A stretch of DNA of 47,118 nucleotides from the IMG/VR virus record IMGVR_UViG_2634166512_000003; one strand, given 5' to 3'. Of this stretch, positions 8,382-18,664 are shown piece after piece; the stretch's first letter is position 1, and each line of letters starts with the position of its first letter. The position numbers were made by a program, and so were the translations under genes. The stretch is from a virus (taxonomy: Duplodnaviria > Heunggongvirae > Uroviricota > Caudoviricetes). The notes under the pieces are model-generated. The model was not told the origin of the DNA, ran no database searches, and saw only the letters and a program-made list of their open reading frames with translations.

Positions 8382-9446
8382 ATGAGTCGTTTGCTGATTA
8401 ACGAAAACCCCCTTCAGGTCCTGCCCACGTTGGCATGCACTATAGGGTTGAATGAAGCCATCGTTCTACAGCAAATCCACTACTGGCTGAATTCATCTCA
8501 AAATTTCTTCGAAAATCGCCACTGGGTGTACAACAGTGTGACCGATTGGCAAGAACAATTCCCGTTCTGGAGCGAGTCGACAATAAAACGCGTGCTGGCC
8601 AATCTGGAAAAATTGAATGTGGTATTTACTGGGAACTTTAACAGTGATGCCTGGGATAAAACCAAGTGGTATTCAATCAATTATGCCCAGTTATGTAAGA
8701 TTGAAGAGACAACATTCCCTGTGGCCAATCGATTAGGTCAAGTTGACCCAATCGAAGAGGTCAATGTGACCCAAGCATCAGGTCAAGTTGACCCATGCGC
8801 TAAGGTCAAAATGACCCAATCTCTTACAGAGAATACAACAGAGAGTACTACAGAGATAAAAGATCCCCCTTACCCCCAAAAGGGGGAGGGCGAGGAAATC
8901 ATTCTCGCTGACGCTCAAAAAGCTCTGAACTACTACAACGAGAAAGTCGGTACACGCTGCCGCGATGTTAAACCGTTTGTCATGCTGCTGACTGCCACCA
9001 CCACCCGCGCTGGTTACAGCGTGGCTGAGATTCAGTTAGTAATTCGTTGGGTTATTGCGACATGGCGCCGTCGTAGCGGAAGCGTGCCGAAACCTGCGAA
9101 CATTTGCCGCGTAAACCGGTTTGACGGATATCTGGCTGACGCTGAGGCGTGGGCCACTGCTGAGGCTGCCGTTGACCCTGCTGAAGTTGTGAAGAGCTAC
9201 AACGAGATTCTGGGCGACCTGCTACCTATAGCTGAAATTGATACTGACCGCCGTCGGGCAATCCTGCGCCTGCTGGCACATATGCGCACGCAAACTCTTG
9301 GCGCATTTATCGGCTACTTCGAAAAATTCCGCGATAACGCCCCAGACTTCTATTTCGGCGGCGAATATCGCACCGGCTGGCGGGCAGGGTTTGATTACCT
9401 GATGAAGCCAGAAACACTGCGTAAAACCAGGGAAGGGGCATTATGA
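8382..9446 (+). CDS. phage replication initiation protein (O-like / replisome organiser)
   Basis: ATG at 8382 with GGAG RBS (ORF-track start 8346 is TTG); position between early regulators and helicase; acidic linker and conserved C-terminal region typical of phage replication initiators. Confidence 0.6.
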   Translation: MSRLLINENPLQVLPTLACTIGLNEAIVLQQIHYWLNSSQNFFENRHWVYNSVTDWQEQFPFWSESTIKRVLANLEKLNVVFTGNFNSDAWDKTKWYSINYAQLCKIEETTFPVANRLGQVDPIEEVNVTQASGQVDPCAKVKMTQSLTENTTESTTEIKDPPYPQKGEGEEIILADAQKALNYYNEKVGTRCRDVKPFVMLLTATTTRAGYSVAEIQLVIRWVIATWRRRSGSVPKPANICRVNRFDGYLADAEAWATAEAAVDPAEVVKSYNEILGDLLPIAEIDTDRRRAILRLLAHMRTQTLGAFIGYFEKFRDNAPDFYFGGEYRTGWRAGFDYLMKPETLRKTREGAL

Positions 9447-9645
9447 ATCCAGAAGAACTGGAAGCGATCGTTCTCGCTGGTCTGATTAACGGTGGCGCGA
9501 CGCCTGACGCGTTTGATGTGATTGCCACTACTCCGGAGGAAGCCTTCAGCATCGTGTTTCGTAAGCGTAAACTGACCGCCGTATGTAGCCATCAGACGAG
9601 AATTGGTAACTTAGACGCCCATCTGATATAGACGGACATCTAAGT

Positions 9646-10071
9646 ATGGAATTACAGGACTGGCGAAAAGAACCTCGTAAAAACTATTCGAATGAATTCA
9701 AACTTCGTATGGTGGAACTGGCATCACAACCTGGAGCTTGTGTTGCACAGATTGCACGTGAAAATGGCGTCAATGATAATGTTATTTTCAAATGGCTCAG
9801 GCTCTGGCAGAACGAAGGGCGTGTTTCGCGGCGTCTTCCGGTAACGACCTCTTCTGACACTGGCGTTGAATTATTACCTGTAGAAATAACGCCGGATGAG
9901 CAGAAAGAACCTGTGGCGGCCATTGCGCCGTCTTTATCCACTTCCACTCAGACCAGAGTCAGTGCCAGTTCCTGCAAGGTGGAATTCCGTCACGGTAACA
10001 TGACGCTGGAAAATCCATCGCCAGAGCTGCTCACAGTGTTGATCCGTGAACTGACCGGGAGGGGAAGATGA
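9646..10071 (+). CDS. IS66 family accessory protein Orf1 (TnpA-like)
   Basis: 141-aa HTH-containing protein, first of the IS66 three-gene set. Confidence 0.8.
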   Translation: MELQDWRKEPRKNYSNEFKLRMVELASQPGACVAQIARENGVNDNVIFKWLRLWQNEGRVSRRLPVTTSSDTGVELLPVEITPDEQKEPVAAIAPSLSTSTQTRVSASSCKVEFRHGNMTLENPSPELLTVLIRELTGRGR

Positions 10072-10418
10072 TCTCACTCCCATCAGGTACCCGTATCTGG
10101 CTCGTTGCCGGCGTTACCGATATGCGTAAATCCTTCAACGGACTGGGAGAACAGGTACAACATGTGCTGAATGATAATCCCTTCTCCGGTCACCTGTTTA
10201 TCTTCCGTGGCCGACGGGGTGACACCGTCAAAATTCTTTGGGCTGATGCTGATGGTCTGTGCCTGTTCACCAAACGCCTGGAGGAAGGCCAGTTTATCTG
10301 GCCTGCGGTACGTGACGGCAAGGTATCCATTACCCGCTCGCAACTGGCAATGCTCCTCGATAAGCTGGACTGGCGTCAGCCAAAAACATCCAGCCGTAAC
10401 TCACTGACAATGTTGTAA
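10068..10418 (+). CDS. IS66 family accessory protein Orf2 (TnpB-like)
   Basis: 116-aa protein overlapping Orf1 stop (ATGA), characteristic IS66 arrangement. Confidence 0.8.
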   Translation: MISLPSGTRIWLVAGVTDMRKSFNGLGEQVQHVLNDNPFSGHLFIFRGRRGDTVKILWADADGLCLFTKRLEEGQFIWPAVRDGKVSITRSQLAMLLDKLDWRQPKTSSRNSLTML

Positions 10419-10448
10419 AAAACTCCTGACCGCATTATAAAAACGGTC

Positions 10449-12062
10449 ATGAGTCAGAAATACCTCATTCGCATCGCAGAGCTGGAAAGGTTGCTCTCTG
10501 AGCAGGCTGAAGCCCTCCGTCAGAAAGACCAGCAACTGAGTCTGGTTGAAGAGACGGAAGCCTTCCTGCGCTCTGCACTGACACGTGCCGAAGAAAAGAT
10601 CGAAGAAGATGAACGGGAAATAGAACATCTGCGGGCTCAGATAGAAAAACTGCGCCGGATGCTGTTCGGTACCCGTTCTGAAAAACTGCGTCGTGAAGTT
10701 GAACTGGCTGAGGCTCTGCTGAAACAACGTGAACAGGACAGCGATCGTTACAGTGGGCGGGAAGACGATCCTCAGGTTCCCCGCCAGTTGCGACAGTCGC
10801 GCCATCGTCGTCCGTTACCGGCACACCTTCCCCGTGAAATACACCGCCTGGAGCCAGAAGAAAGCTGTTGCCCGGAGTGTGGCGGTGAGCTGGATTATCT
10901 GGGGGAAGTCAGCGCTGAACAGCTGGAACTGGTGAGCAGTGCCCTGAAAGTGATCCGCACAGAACGGGTAAAAAAAGCCTGTACAAAATGTGACTGTATT
11001 GTTGAAGCACCGGCGCCGTCCCGCCCGATAGAGCGTGGTATCGCGGGCCCCGGATTACTTGCCCGCGTGTTAACGGGAAAATACTGCGAACATCTGCCAC
11101 TGTATCGTCAGAGTGAAATCTTTGCCCGCCAGGGTGTCGAACTGACCTGGGCCTTACTCTCCAACTGGGTTGACGCGTGCTGCCAGTTAATGACACCGGT
11201 GAATGATGCCCTGTACCGTTATGTAATGAACACCCGCAAGGTTCACACTGATGACACACCGGTAAAGGTACTGGCACCGGGTCAGAAAAAGGCGAAAACA
11301 GGGCGTATCTGGACGTATGTCCGGGATGATCGCAATGTGGGTTCGTCATCTCCTCCAGCGGTCTGGTTCGCGTACTCGCCGAACCGGCAGGGGAAACACC
11401 CGGAGCAACACCTCCGCCCCTTCCGGGGTATCCTGCAGGCGGATGCGTTCACAGGTTACGACAGGTTGTTCAGTGCAGAACGTGAAGGTGGTACACTGAC
11501 AGAAGTTGCGTGCTGGGCCCATGCCCGGCGAAAAATCCACGATGTATACATCAGCAGCAAAAGTGCGACGGCAGAAGAAGCCCTGAAGCGAATCAGTGAA
11601 CTGTACGCCATCGAGGATGAAATACGGGGATTACCGGAGTCAGAGCGTCTTGCCGTCAGGCAGCAGCGAAGCAAAGTGTTACTGACGTCGCTGCATGAAT
11701 GGATGGTGGAGAAGAATGGTACGCTGTCGAAAAAATCCAGACTGGGCGAAGCGTTCAGCTATGTACTGAATCAGTGGGATGCCCTCTGTTATTACAGTGA
11801 TGACGGTCTGGCGGAGGCGGATAATAATGCTGCGGAAAGAGCGCTTCGTGCAGTCTGTCTCGGAAAGAAAAACTTTATGTTCTTTGGCAGCGATCACGGC
11901 GGCGAGCGTGGAGCACTGTTGTACGGGCTGATCGGCACCTGCCGTCTGAACGGTATCGATCCGGAAGCGTATCTGCGCCATATCCTGAGCGTACTGCCGG
12001 AATGGCCTTCCAACCGAGTTGACGAACTCCTGCCATGGAACGTAGTACTCACCAATAAATAA
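10449..12062 (+). CDS. IS66 family transposase
   Basis: 537-aa protein with N-terminal coiled-coil/leucine zipper, CxxC zinc motif and DDE-type core as recalled for IS66 transposases. Confidence 0.85.
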   Translation: MSQKYLIRIAELERLLSEQAEALRQKDQQLSLVEETEAFLRSALTRAEEKIEEDEREIEHLRAQIEKLRRMLFGTRSEKLRREVELAEALLKQREQDSDRYSGREDDPQVPRQLRQSRHRRPLPAHLPREIHRLEPEESCCPECGGELDYLGEVSAEQLELVSSALKVIRTERVKKACTKCDCIVEAPAPSRPIERGIAGPGLLARVLTGKYCEHLPLYRQSEIFARQGVELTWALLSNWVDACCQLMTPVNDALYRYVMNTRKVHTDDTPVKVLAPGQKKAKTGRIWTYVRDDRNVGSSSPPAVWFAYSPNRQGKHPEQHLRPFRGILQADAFTGYDRLFSAEREGGTLTEVACWAHARRKIHDVYISSKSATAEEALKRISELYAIEDEIRGLPESERLAVRQQRSKVLLTSLHEWMVEKNGTLSKKSRLGEAFSYVLNQWDALCYYSDDGLAEADNNAAERALRAVCLGKKNFMFFGSDHGGERGALLYGLIGTCRLNGIDPEAYLRHILSVLPEWPSNRVDELLPWNVVLTNK

Positions 12063-13412
12063 GCGTCAATACGGTGCTCCGTTGACGCTTACCGTGTTTC
12101 ACCGTCGCGCTTTCAGCGAAATCAAAAAGCAGGCACTGGCGAACGGCATGATCGACATGTTGTTTATCAGCGAAGCGCTGGGCGGTTCCAGCCTTGCGGA
12201 TCTGTCTCAAATATCCCGGATCCCGGCAACGGCACCGAATCTGAAAGGCTATGCCGGGAAAATGGTGCGGGCATGGCGGAGCCGCAAAATGGCGGCATTG
12301 TTGCAATCTGGCGCGGATGGTATCCGTAACGCTGTAAACCAGAGTCAGCGTGATGAGGTTATTGAATCTCATGTTGCTCAGGTGCTGGATATGAGCGCCG
12401 CTACCGGCACAGTCCAGCCGGTACACATCAAAGAGCTGTTACCGCTCTACATTGACACCGTTGATAAACGGATGTCTGGTGACGCGCAGGAAATGATGCT
12501 GAAAACCGGAGTCGAGGATCTGGATGTCGCCCTGGGCGGTATCAACATGACCGATCTTGTTGTGGTTGCCGGTCGTCCAGGCATGGGGAAAACGGAATTT
12601 ACCCTGAAGATTATCGATGGCGTTACCGCAGATGGCGGCGGCGCACTGTTTTTCAGCATGGAAATGGGCGCTCAGCAGATTGTTGAACGTACCGTTGCCG
12701 GGGCTGGGAATATGTCAACGTCGCGTCTGCGTAATCCAAAAGAAATGGACGATGAGGATTTGACCAGATTAACCGCCGCGCTTGCAATCATGCAGGATCG
12801 CGATATCTGGATTGTTGATGCCACTGATTTGACGATTGAGCAGATCCGCGCCATTGCAGAGACTCATAAACGCCGTTATCCGCACCTGAAGTTGATTGGT
12901 GTTGATTACATGGGCCTGATCAAAAAACCGAAGGCCGAGCGCCACGATCTCGCTGTCGGGCATATCTCCCGCAACATGAAGACTATGGCCATGCGTCTGC
13001 ATACCCCTGTTTTTGCTCTTAGCCAGCTTTCCCGCCAGGTGGATTCTCGACCTGCTGGCCAGCGTCGCCCGGTGATGTCGGACCTGCGCGATTCCGGCAG
13101 TGTTGAGCAGGACGCTGACAGCATTTTGTTTTTGTACCGCGATGAAGTTTACACACCTGATTCACCTGCAAAGGGTATCGCCGAGGTGATTATCGGTAAA
13201 AACCGTTCTGGCGGGGCAGGTGAAATTATTTATCAGGAATTCCGGAATGGGCATTTCCTGCCAATTGATCAACACGTAGCACGCGAAAAAATACGCATCC
13301 AGAAGGAGGCAGAGCAACCGAGAAAACGTGAAAAACGGTATTCAAACAAAAACTTTAATACGGACCCATTTTAACCACGCATGACCAGCGTGAAATAACC
13401 GAGGAAAGACCA

Positions 13413-13814
13413 ATGACCCAATTAATTAACCACACGAGTGCACACTATAGTGACGACGGTAAAAACTACCTGGATTCAATTCTGTGGCACATGAACGCAG
13501 CCGCGCGAGCACGTACCCGCTCGACATATTGCCCGCCACCTAAAAACACTGACGTTGTGGTAATTGCAAAACCTGAGCACGTAGCAGTTATTCGCCCGGC
13601 AGAAATAACCTCAGGGACCGCCAAAACACATACCGGCGTTGTTATTAAAAATACTGGCGAGCGCACAGTAAAACTCCGCGAAACAGCGACTGCGTGGTCT
13701 GCGGGTGTAAGGGAGAACTACGATAAAAAAACAGGTTACCGCTTAGGCGCATCAGGCAGCACCCGGTTGTTACTCGACACCGTGAAGCCCATCAGGAAGA
13801 AGGGCAAAAAATAA
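13413..13814 (+). CDS. hypothetical phage protein (nin-like region)
   Basis: ATG preceded by GAGGAAAGACC motif. Confidence 0.45.
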   Translation: MTQLINHTSAHYSDDGKNYLDSILWHMNAAARARTRSTYCPPPKNTDVVVIAKPEHVAVIRPAEITSGTAKTHTGVVIKNTGERTVKLRETATAWSAGVRENYDKKTGYRLGASGSTRLLLDTVKPIRKKGKK

Positions 13815-14047
13815 TGACTGGCGCAGATTATCTCCCGGCTGGGTTGCCACACAACAGGGCAGCATGGCCGCAGGAGTATCAAATACTGGAACATTACGAT
13901 TTGCGCGCCGCCGGGCTGATTCGCCAGTTATACGAAAAACGAATACCACGCGGCACGGTTACAGAGGCGTTGAAAAATACTCCTGATAATTACCGGGAGT
14001 TTTTCAGGGACCGACTGAATTACTGGAGAGGGGAACGAGAAAAATGA
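13814..14047 (+). CDS. hypothetical phage protein
   Basis: Overlapping start/stop with neighbours, consistent with an operon. Confidence 0.4.
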   Translation: MTGADYLPAGLPHNRAAWPQEYQILEHYDLRAAGLIRQLYEKRIPRGTVTEALKNTPDNYREFFRDRLNYWRGEREK

Positions 14048-14268
14048 ACGAAATTTTACTCGCATTTATTCCACGATTTATTAACGACAAAGTGGCGTTG
14101 AGTGCCGTTAATGATCAATACGAAATTGTATGCAGCATGATCGACATTATCCCCGGTGAGCAGTATGACGCGATGTGTGACCTGAAAATATTCACGTGGT
14201 TGGGGTGGGCCATTCCGTGTGGAGAGCCAACAAATATTCGCCCGTTTGAGGGCAGGGAGGCTGTATGA
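14044..14268 (+). CDS. hypothetical phage protein
   Basis: Overlapping start/stop with neighbours. Confidence 0.4.
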   Translation: MNEILLAFIPRFINDKVALSAVNDQYEIVCSMIDIIPGEQYDAMCDLKIFTWLGWAIPCGEPTNIRPFEGREAV

Positions 14269-14455
14269 GTGAGTTGAAAATACGTCGCAAGACAATAGCA
14301 CGCGTTAAAAATCCATTACCGGCCCCCGCCGAATGCCATTTTTGTGGTGGGAATGTACGGATTGGTACGTATGTATGGTGATTGCGAAGTGACGTAAAAC
14401 AAATCGTTGTGGGTGTAATATCGTCAATATCATTGGTTTCCTGGAGGGAAAGGAT

Positions 14456-14677
14456 ATGTTTGGCGATAACCTGGAGTTACCACGGAACGGGCGGATAGTG
14501 CTCTATATTTCAGATTACAAAGTAACCCGGGCTGAGGTGTTGGAACCGGAAAAACATTTGGTCACGTTACCGGACATTATTGAGTTGTATAAGCGGGTCG
14601 GATATGTGGACTTGCATCGCGATGATGTTCCCGTTGAGTGTATGGAATGTGAACACCGGAGGTTTGAAGTTGATTGA
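14456..14677 (+). CDS. hypothetical phage protein
   Basis: ORF with GGAGGG RBS. Confidence 0.4.
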   Translation: MFGDNLELPRNGRIVLYISDYKVTRAEVLEPEKHLVTLPDIIELYKRVGYVDLHRDDVPVECMECEHRRFEVD

Positions 14678-14769
14678 ATTGACTTAGAAAAAGCCCGGGG
14701 CTATAGTTTCCGCGCAGCCGCAAAATCGGTTGCCGGGATTTGCACCCCGGATATCTAAAAGGCGACAAC

Positions 14770-14790
14770 GACGCGCCAGCGTCTTTTTTA
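14770..14790 (+). terminator. rho-independent terminator-like hairpin (possibly bidirectional)
   Basis: GACGC-GCCA-GCGTC stem-loop followed by TTTTTT; A-rich tract upstream; embedded in longer inverted repeat CGACAA...TTGTCG. Confidence 0.5.
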
Positions 14791-14949
14791 TTGTCGTGCG
14801 CACAGCCACATCCGCGATTTATGGTGGGGCGTGTAGGGGAGTCGAAAGGCTCGCCGGGTCCTTTTAGCCGGTAGTGCAAACCCTGCATGTCTCACCACCC
14901 AAAGATTTGCACCTGAGGGGGGTGATTATCCGACTAAAAGGAAATCGCT

Positions 14950-15744
14950 ATGACAACTCAAGTATCCGCAGCAGCCATCTCCCCGATTATCCACAACCAA
15001 CTTCCCGTCCTCACCACCGAATTACTCGCGAATCTCTATGGCACAGAGCCGGATTACATTCGTAAAAACCATAACCGGAACTCAGAGCGATTCGTGGTCG
15101 GGAAGCATTACTTTTTGCTCGAAGGTGAGGAGTTGCGCGAATTTAAGCACAGCATGTCTTTAAGACCTCCTGTGAAAATCGCCAGAAATGTCCGCTCTCT
15201 CATCCTCTGGACAGAACGCGGCGCAGCTCGCCATGCCAAAATGCTGGAAACAGAACAGGCCTGGGAAGTTTTCGAAAAGCTGGAAGATTGTTATTTTAGC
15301 CAGCGTCCAGAGAGGCGGAGTACAACCACCGATGACCGCACTCCCTTACGTGATGCCGTTAATATGCTGGTCGGTAAGAAAGGCATGATGTATCCCGATG
15401 CCTACACCATGATTCACCAACGTTTCGCCGTCTCTCACATAGAACAACTGTCACAGACGCAAATGTTAGAGGCGATTGAATACATCCACTGCCTGCTACT
15501 CGATGAAAATCAGCCAACCATTCCAGATTTTTCTTTTATCACCACTATCAAAAATGGAAAAGTGACCAGGATGCGCCATGTTGCCAAAGGCGAACATCTG
15601 ATGACGTTTGACGCTTTCAAAGAGATCGCTGAGCGGGCAGGGTATCTGGTGATCCACAGCGACAACCTGCGAAGTATGACGCTGGATAAATTGATGGTAA
15701 TGGGGAAAAAGTCGGTTGTATCCGTTGCTGATTCAGCATTTTGA
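14950..15744 (+). CDS. antirepressor / Roi-like protein with N-terminal KilA-N/ORF6N-type domain
   Basis: N-terminal region (LPVLTTELLANLYGTEPDYIRKNHNRNSERFVVGKHYFL) resembles ORF6N/KilA-N antirepressor domains as recalled. Confidence 0.55.
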   Translation: MTTQVSAAAISPIIHNQLPVLTTELLANLYGTEPDYIRKNHNRNSERFVVGKHYFLLEGEELREFKHSMSLRPPVKIARNVRSLILWTERGAARHAKMLETEQAWEVFEKLEDCYFSQRPERRSTTTDDRTPLRDAVNMLVGKKGMMYPDAYTMIHQRFAVSHIEQLSQTQMLEAIEYIHCLLLDENQPTIPDFSFITTIKNGKVTRMRHVAKGEHLMTFDAFKEIAERAGYLVIHSDNLRSMTLDKLMVMGKKSVVSVADSAF

Positions 15745-15782
15745 CAGGTTGAATGTTTGGCGCGGTTATACTCTATTTGCGC

Positions 15783-15852
15783 TTAAAAAGGTATTTAGTC
15801 ACAACCAGCACGAGGCCGAATACTCTGTCAAAGTACCGCCCATGTAAAACTG
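15783..15852. repeat. copy A of about 70-bp imperfect direct repeat (non-coding relic of a gene 3' end)
   Basis: Near-identical to 19384..19454 with a few mismatches and one indel. Confidence 0.8.
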
Positions 15853-15921
15853 TTACGTATGTACTTGATGACTAAGCTGGCACCAGGTTAACACCAGGCG
15901 CCAGCTTGAAGGAAACTTCAG

Positions 15922-16845
15922 TTATTGGTTTCTGAGGAAAGCGATTCTTGAAAGGGTCATTTGCGTCTGGCAGTCGACCATTTTCTTGACTTCAGCATCT
16001 GTTCCCTGCATTGAAACTTTACCGCACATAGCATCCTTAGTTTTGATCCACTGACGCTGAGAAGGCAGCAACTCTTTTTTCTTCGCCGGCGTTAACCTGC
16101 CCCAGACTGTATTCAAATCAGAGTCAGCATTCGCAAATGCCATTCGGGACTGATCAAGGCTTTCAGCTTTTTGCGGCTGAAGTTGTGCCTGCCTCTCTAT
16201 TTGCTTCTCCGCCTCATACCTGGCCTGTTCCTGTGCCCTGAGTTGCACCTGTTGTTCCGCTTCAATTTGACTCTGTTGGGCATCCTTAGCCTGCTGGATT
16301 TTCTGCTGCTCAACGATCGGGTTGATAATGGAAAGCGATGTCAGTAAAGCGGCGCCCACTGATATCGGATTATCAGAAGAGGTTTTTACAAAAACGTTTT
16401 TCTGATCGTCGGTCGCCTGCACGGTGTAGGTGATACGTTTTGAAAAGGCGTTTGCGTTGTTCTCCAAAAACAGATTTTCCATTTGCTTATCGAGATTACG
16501 ATTAAAATTCTTTCGGTAAGCATCAGAAAGCTGGATGTACTCGTTCGCAGGTAGAGTCATCGTCACGGTCCCTTCACAAGTTTTCATTGTGCTGCCCGTG
16601 TCACTTGATGTTGTGGAGATTTCAGAGACGGCTAGTTTGATCTTGTCCAGTGTGCTTCGTTTGGTCTGATTAGTGACATCAGGGTATTTATCGACCTGTT
16701 CAGAGAGTCCTTCATAAGCAGATTTTTTTAATAAATCCATGAGAGCTGATTGGGTCATTTCCGAAGAACAACCGATCTCATCTTTTTTGTTATCACAGCC
16801 TGTAAGGGCAATGGCGAGTAAGAGTACTGAGTATTTTAATCTCAT
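15922..16845 (-). CDS. lipoprotein with Gln-rich coiled-coil region and C-terminal DUF1311/LprI-like domain
   Basis: Signal peptide with lipobox LTGC; C-terminal QRQWIKTKDAMC...CQTQM motif resembling DUF1311 as recalled; minus-strand orientation opposite to flanking phage genes. Confidence 0.55.
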   Translation of the reverse strand: MRLKYSVLLLAIALTGCDNKKDEIGCSSEMTQSALMDLLKKSAYEGLSEQVDKYPDVTNQTKRSTLDKIKLAVSEISTTSSDTGSTMKTCEGTVTMTLPANEYIQLSDAYRKNFNRNLDKQMENLFLENNANAFSKRITYTVQATDDQKNVFVKTSSDNPISVGAALLTSLSIINPIVEQQKIQQAKDAQQSQIEAEQQVQLRAQEQARYEAEKQIERQAQLQPQKAESLDQSRMAFANADSDLNTVWGRLTPAKKKELLPSQRQWIKTKDAMCGKVSMQGTDAEVKKMVDCQTQMTLSRIAFLRNQ

Positions 16846-17471
16846 GAATTCCCTTTAGAGTAAGGATTGGTTTTTAAGACGCGGTCTGTAATCAGTTCCG
16901 AGAGCTACAGTAAACAACGCTGAGCACTGAACGCATCACAGGCAAGGTAAAAGGTGATATCGGCAAAGGCTGTGAAACCTTTAATTCAACAGATGGGAAC
17001 GGTATGCACAGGATCCTGTAACGACGCTCCCAAAACCGGAAACCTGTAAGGCATGTTTTCGCTGCTGAACTTAATATACGAACCTGCACTATCATGAACA
17101 TATTTTATATCGTTATACCCCGAGTGATTGTGCCCGGCAATGGATAGTGTCCTGGAGGAACTATTTCTACTGTAAAAGGTAGACATTTAATTTCAGTGTG
17201 GAATTATTCCCTGCTGTTAATAACCATGGCTCTATATGGCACCGAGCGGACTAGTTAACTTGCCTGAAAGCCGCTATGAGTGAGGAGCGAATATTGGCAC
17301 GATAGGATACCTGAACCATTTTTTGGACATGCGCTAAAAGCGAATGATTAGTTTTATCGGAATATTTACAGTATACTTACAAGGCAAGCTTGGCGTACCG
17401 TCTTGGGCGAGATTGCTTAAATTATTTTGTGGATATATCATTCAAACAAAAGATAATAAAATGAGGTTGTT

Positions 17472-17669
17472 ATGTCATATATTCGCGTAGAGAAAGATGG
17501 CCTTCAGTATGAAGCAGAATACTTCCGTGAAGAGGATATGGTCACAGTCTTTGGGGTTAGAGGAGGGCATTCCAGCGTGGTTCTAAATGGAATGACAGAA
17601 GTCGCGGCTGCTCGTACTGCGTTACGAAATCTTATTAGAGAAAATCAGGTTGATCCTCTAACTGATTAA
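17472..17669 (+). CDS. hypothetical small protein (65 aa)
   Basis: ORF in AT-rich island upstream of the T5orf172-like gene. Confidence 0.35.
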   Translation: MSYIRVEKDGLQYEAEYFREEDMVTVFGVRGGHSSVVLNGMTEVAAARTALRNLIRENQVDPLTD

Positions 17670-17873
17670 AAATAAGCCATCTTAACTGAGAGCATATTTT
17701 GATATAATTTAGATTAAATCTATTTTGAAGGTTAGTTTGGGATGAGAAGATTACATCAAAACCGTTATTACTAGCAATAAGTTGTGTAAATCAAATAATA
17801 CATAATCAGGTGGTAATATATACTAAGCGTAGTAAAGTTTTTATATATTCCTGTAACTTTGTGAGAAACTTCC

Positions 17874-18539
17874 ATGAAAGCCGACAACTTAAGAATTATA
17901 GAGAATGGCAAATATGTTTTCGATATGTTCTTGGATACTGGTGAATTTTACTATACAAGTCATGCCTTTGACACGAGAGAAGATGCAAAAAGCTGGATGG
18001 AAGAATGGCAGATTTGGGCAAATAATGTATCGAGTGGGAAAGTAAGTAGTATTTATTATATTTTACAAGTGCCTGATACTTGGGCCGGTTCTTCAGATAA
18101 AAATAACCCTTACTCGGGACTTTATGTGAAAATAGGGCGTTCCAATAATGTGCTAAAAAGGTTGTCTAACCTGCAGACAGGTGCATTTGGTCAATTAATA
18201 TTACACGCTTTGGAACCAGGTGGTTCAGAAAAAGAAAACTATCTTCATGAAAAATTTAGCAACGAAAGACGTCAAGGTGAATGGTTTGTTTGTACTAAGG
18301 AACTTACCAAGCATATATTTACAACATGGTTTAAAAACAAAATGCTCCCACCAGAACATCAAATAAAAATAATGCAGCTCGCAGAAAGAACAGGTATTTA
18401 TTCGCATGTTCATACACTAATGGGGGGGAAGCCAGACTTAGTAAACCCATCTATTAGTGAACCTTGGGAATGCGAAAAATATGTTTTGGTTGATATGATT
18501 TATAGCTCTTTAGCAAAGCAAGTTAATCATAAAAAATAA
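17874..18539 (+). CDS. T5orf172/MUG113-type (GIY-YIG superfamily) domain protein with uncharacterised N-terminal domain
   Basis: Motif GLYVKIGRSNNVLKRLSNLQTG...LHEKFSNERRQGEWF matches the recalled T5orf172 consensus (YVKIG...R...L..TG...LH..F...R..GEWF); AT-rich codon usage. Confidence 0.7.
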   Translation: MKADNLRIIENGKYVFDMFLDTGEFYYTSHAFDTREDAKSWMEEWQIWANNVSSGKVSSIYYILQVPDTWAGSSDKNNPYSGLYVKIGRSNNVLKRLSNLQTGAFGQLILHALEPGGSEKENYLHEKFSNERRQGEWFVCTKELTKHIFTTWFKNKMLPPEHQIKIMQLAERTGIYSHVHTLMGGKPDLVNPSISEPWECEKYVLVDMIYSSLAKQVNHKK

Positions 18540-18664
18540 AGTGTTACATTTTAACTATACAATTATTGATTCACTAATGAAGAGGTGATTTAGACGTATG
18601 AAGTTTTAATAAGCTCCAAGAATATTTTGTCATACATGGGTTAAAGAGTTATATAATAATATCT

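Larger units (their letters stand above)
9561..12092 (+). mobile_element. IS66-family insertion sequence (three-ORF organisation) with 8-bp target site duplication CGTGTTTC
   Basis: Starts GTAAGCG and ends CGCTTAC (imperfect terminal inverted repeats); flanked by identical CGTGTTTC at 9553..9560 and 12093..12100; encodes orf1/orf2/transposase typical of IS66. Confidence 0.9.
9443..13374 (+). pseudogene. DnaB-family replicative helicase gene interrupted by an IS66-family element after codon about 39
   Basis: N-terminal 39 codons (MNPEELEAIVLAGLINGG...AFSIVF) at 9443..9560 rejoin in frame with HRRAFSEIKK...(helicase body, GRPGMGKT Walker A) at 12093 when the IS and one copy of the 8-bp duplication are removed. 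Confidence 0.8.

Noticed and set aside
10401-11349. Minus-strand ORFs (134, 119 and 146 aa) within the IS66 transposase region
   Set aside because: Overlap the well-supported IS66 genes on the opposite strand and have no RBS or recognisable features.
14265-14381. 38-aa ORF (MSELKIRRKTIARVKNPLPAPAECHFCGG...) overlapping the end of the 14044..14268 gene
   Set aside because: Plausible translationally coupled micro-ORF, but too short to support from sequence alone; not listed as a feature.
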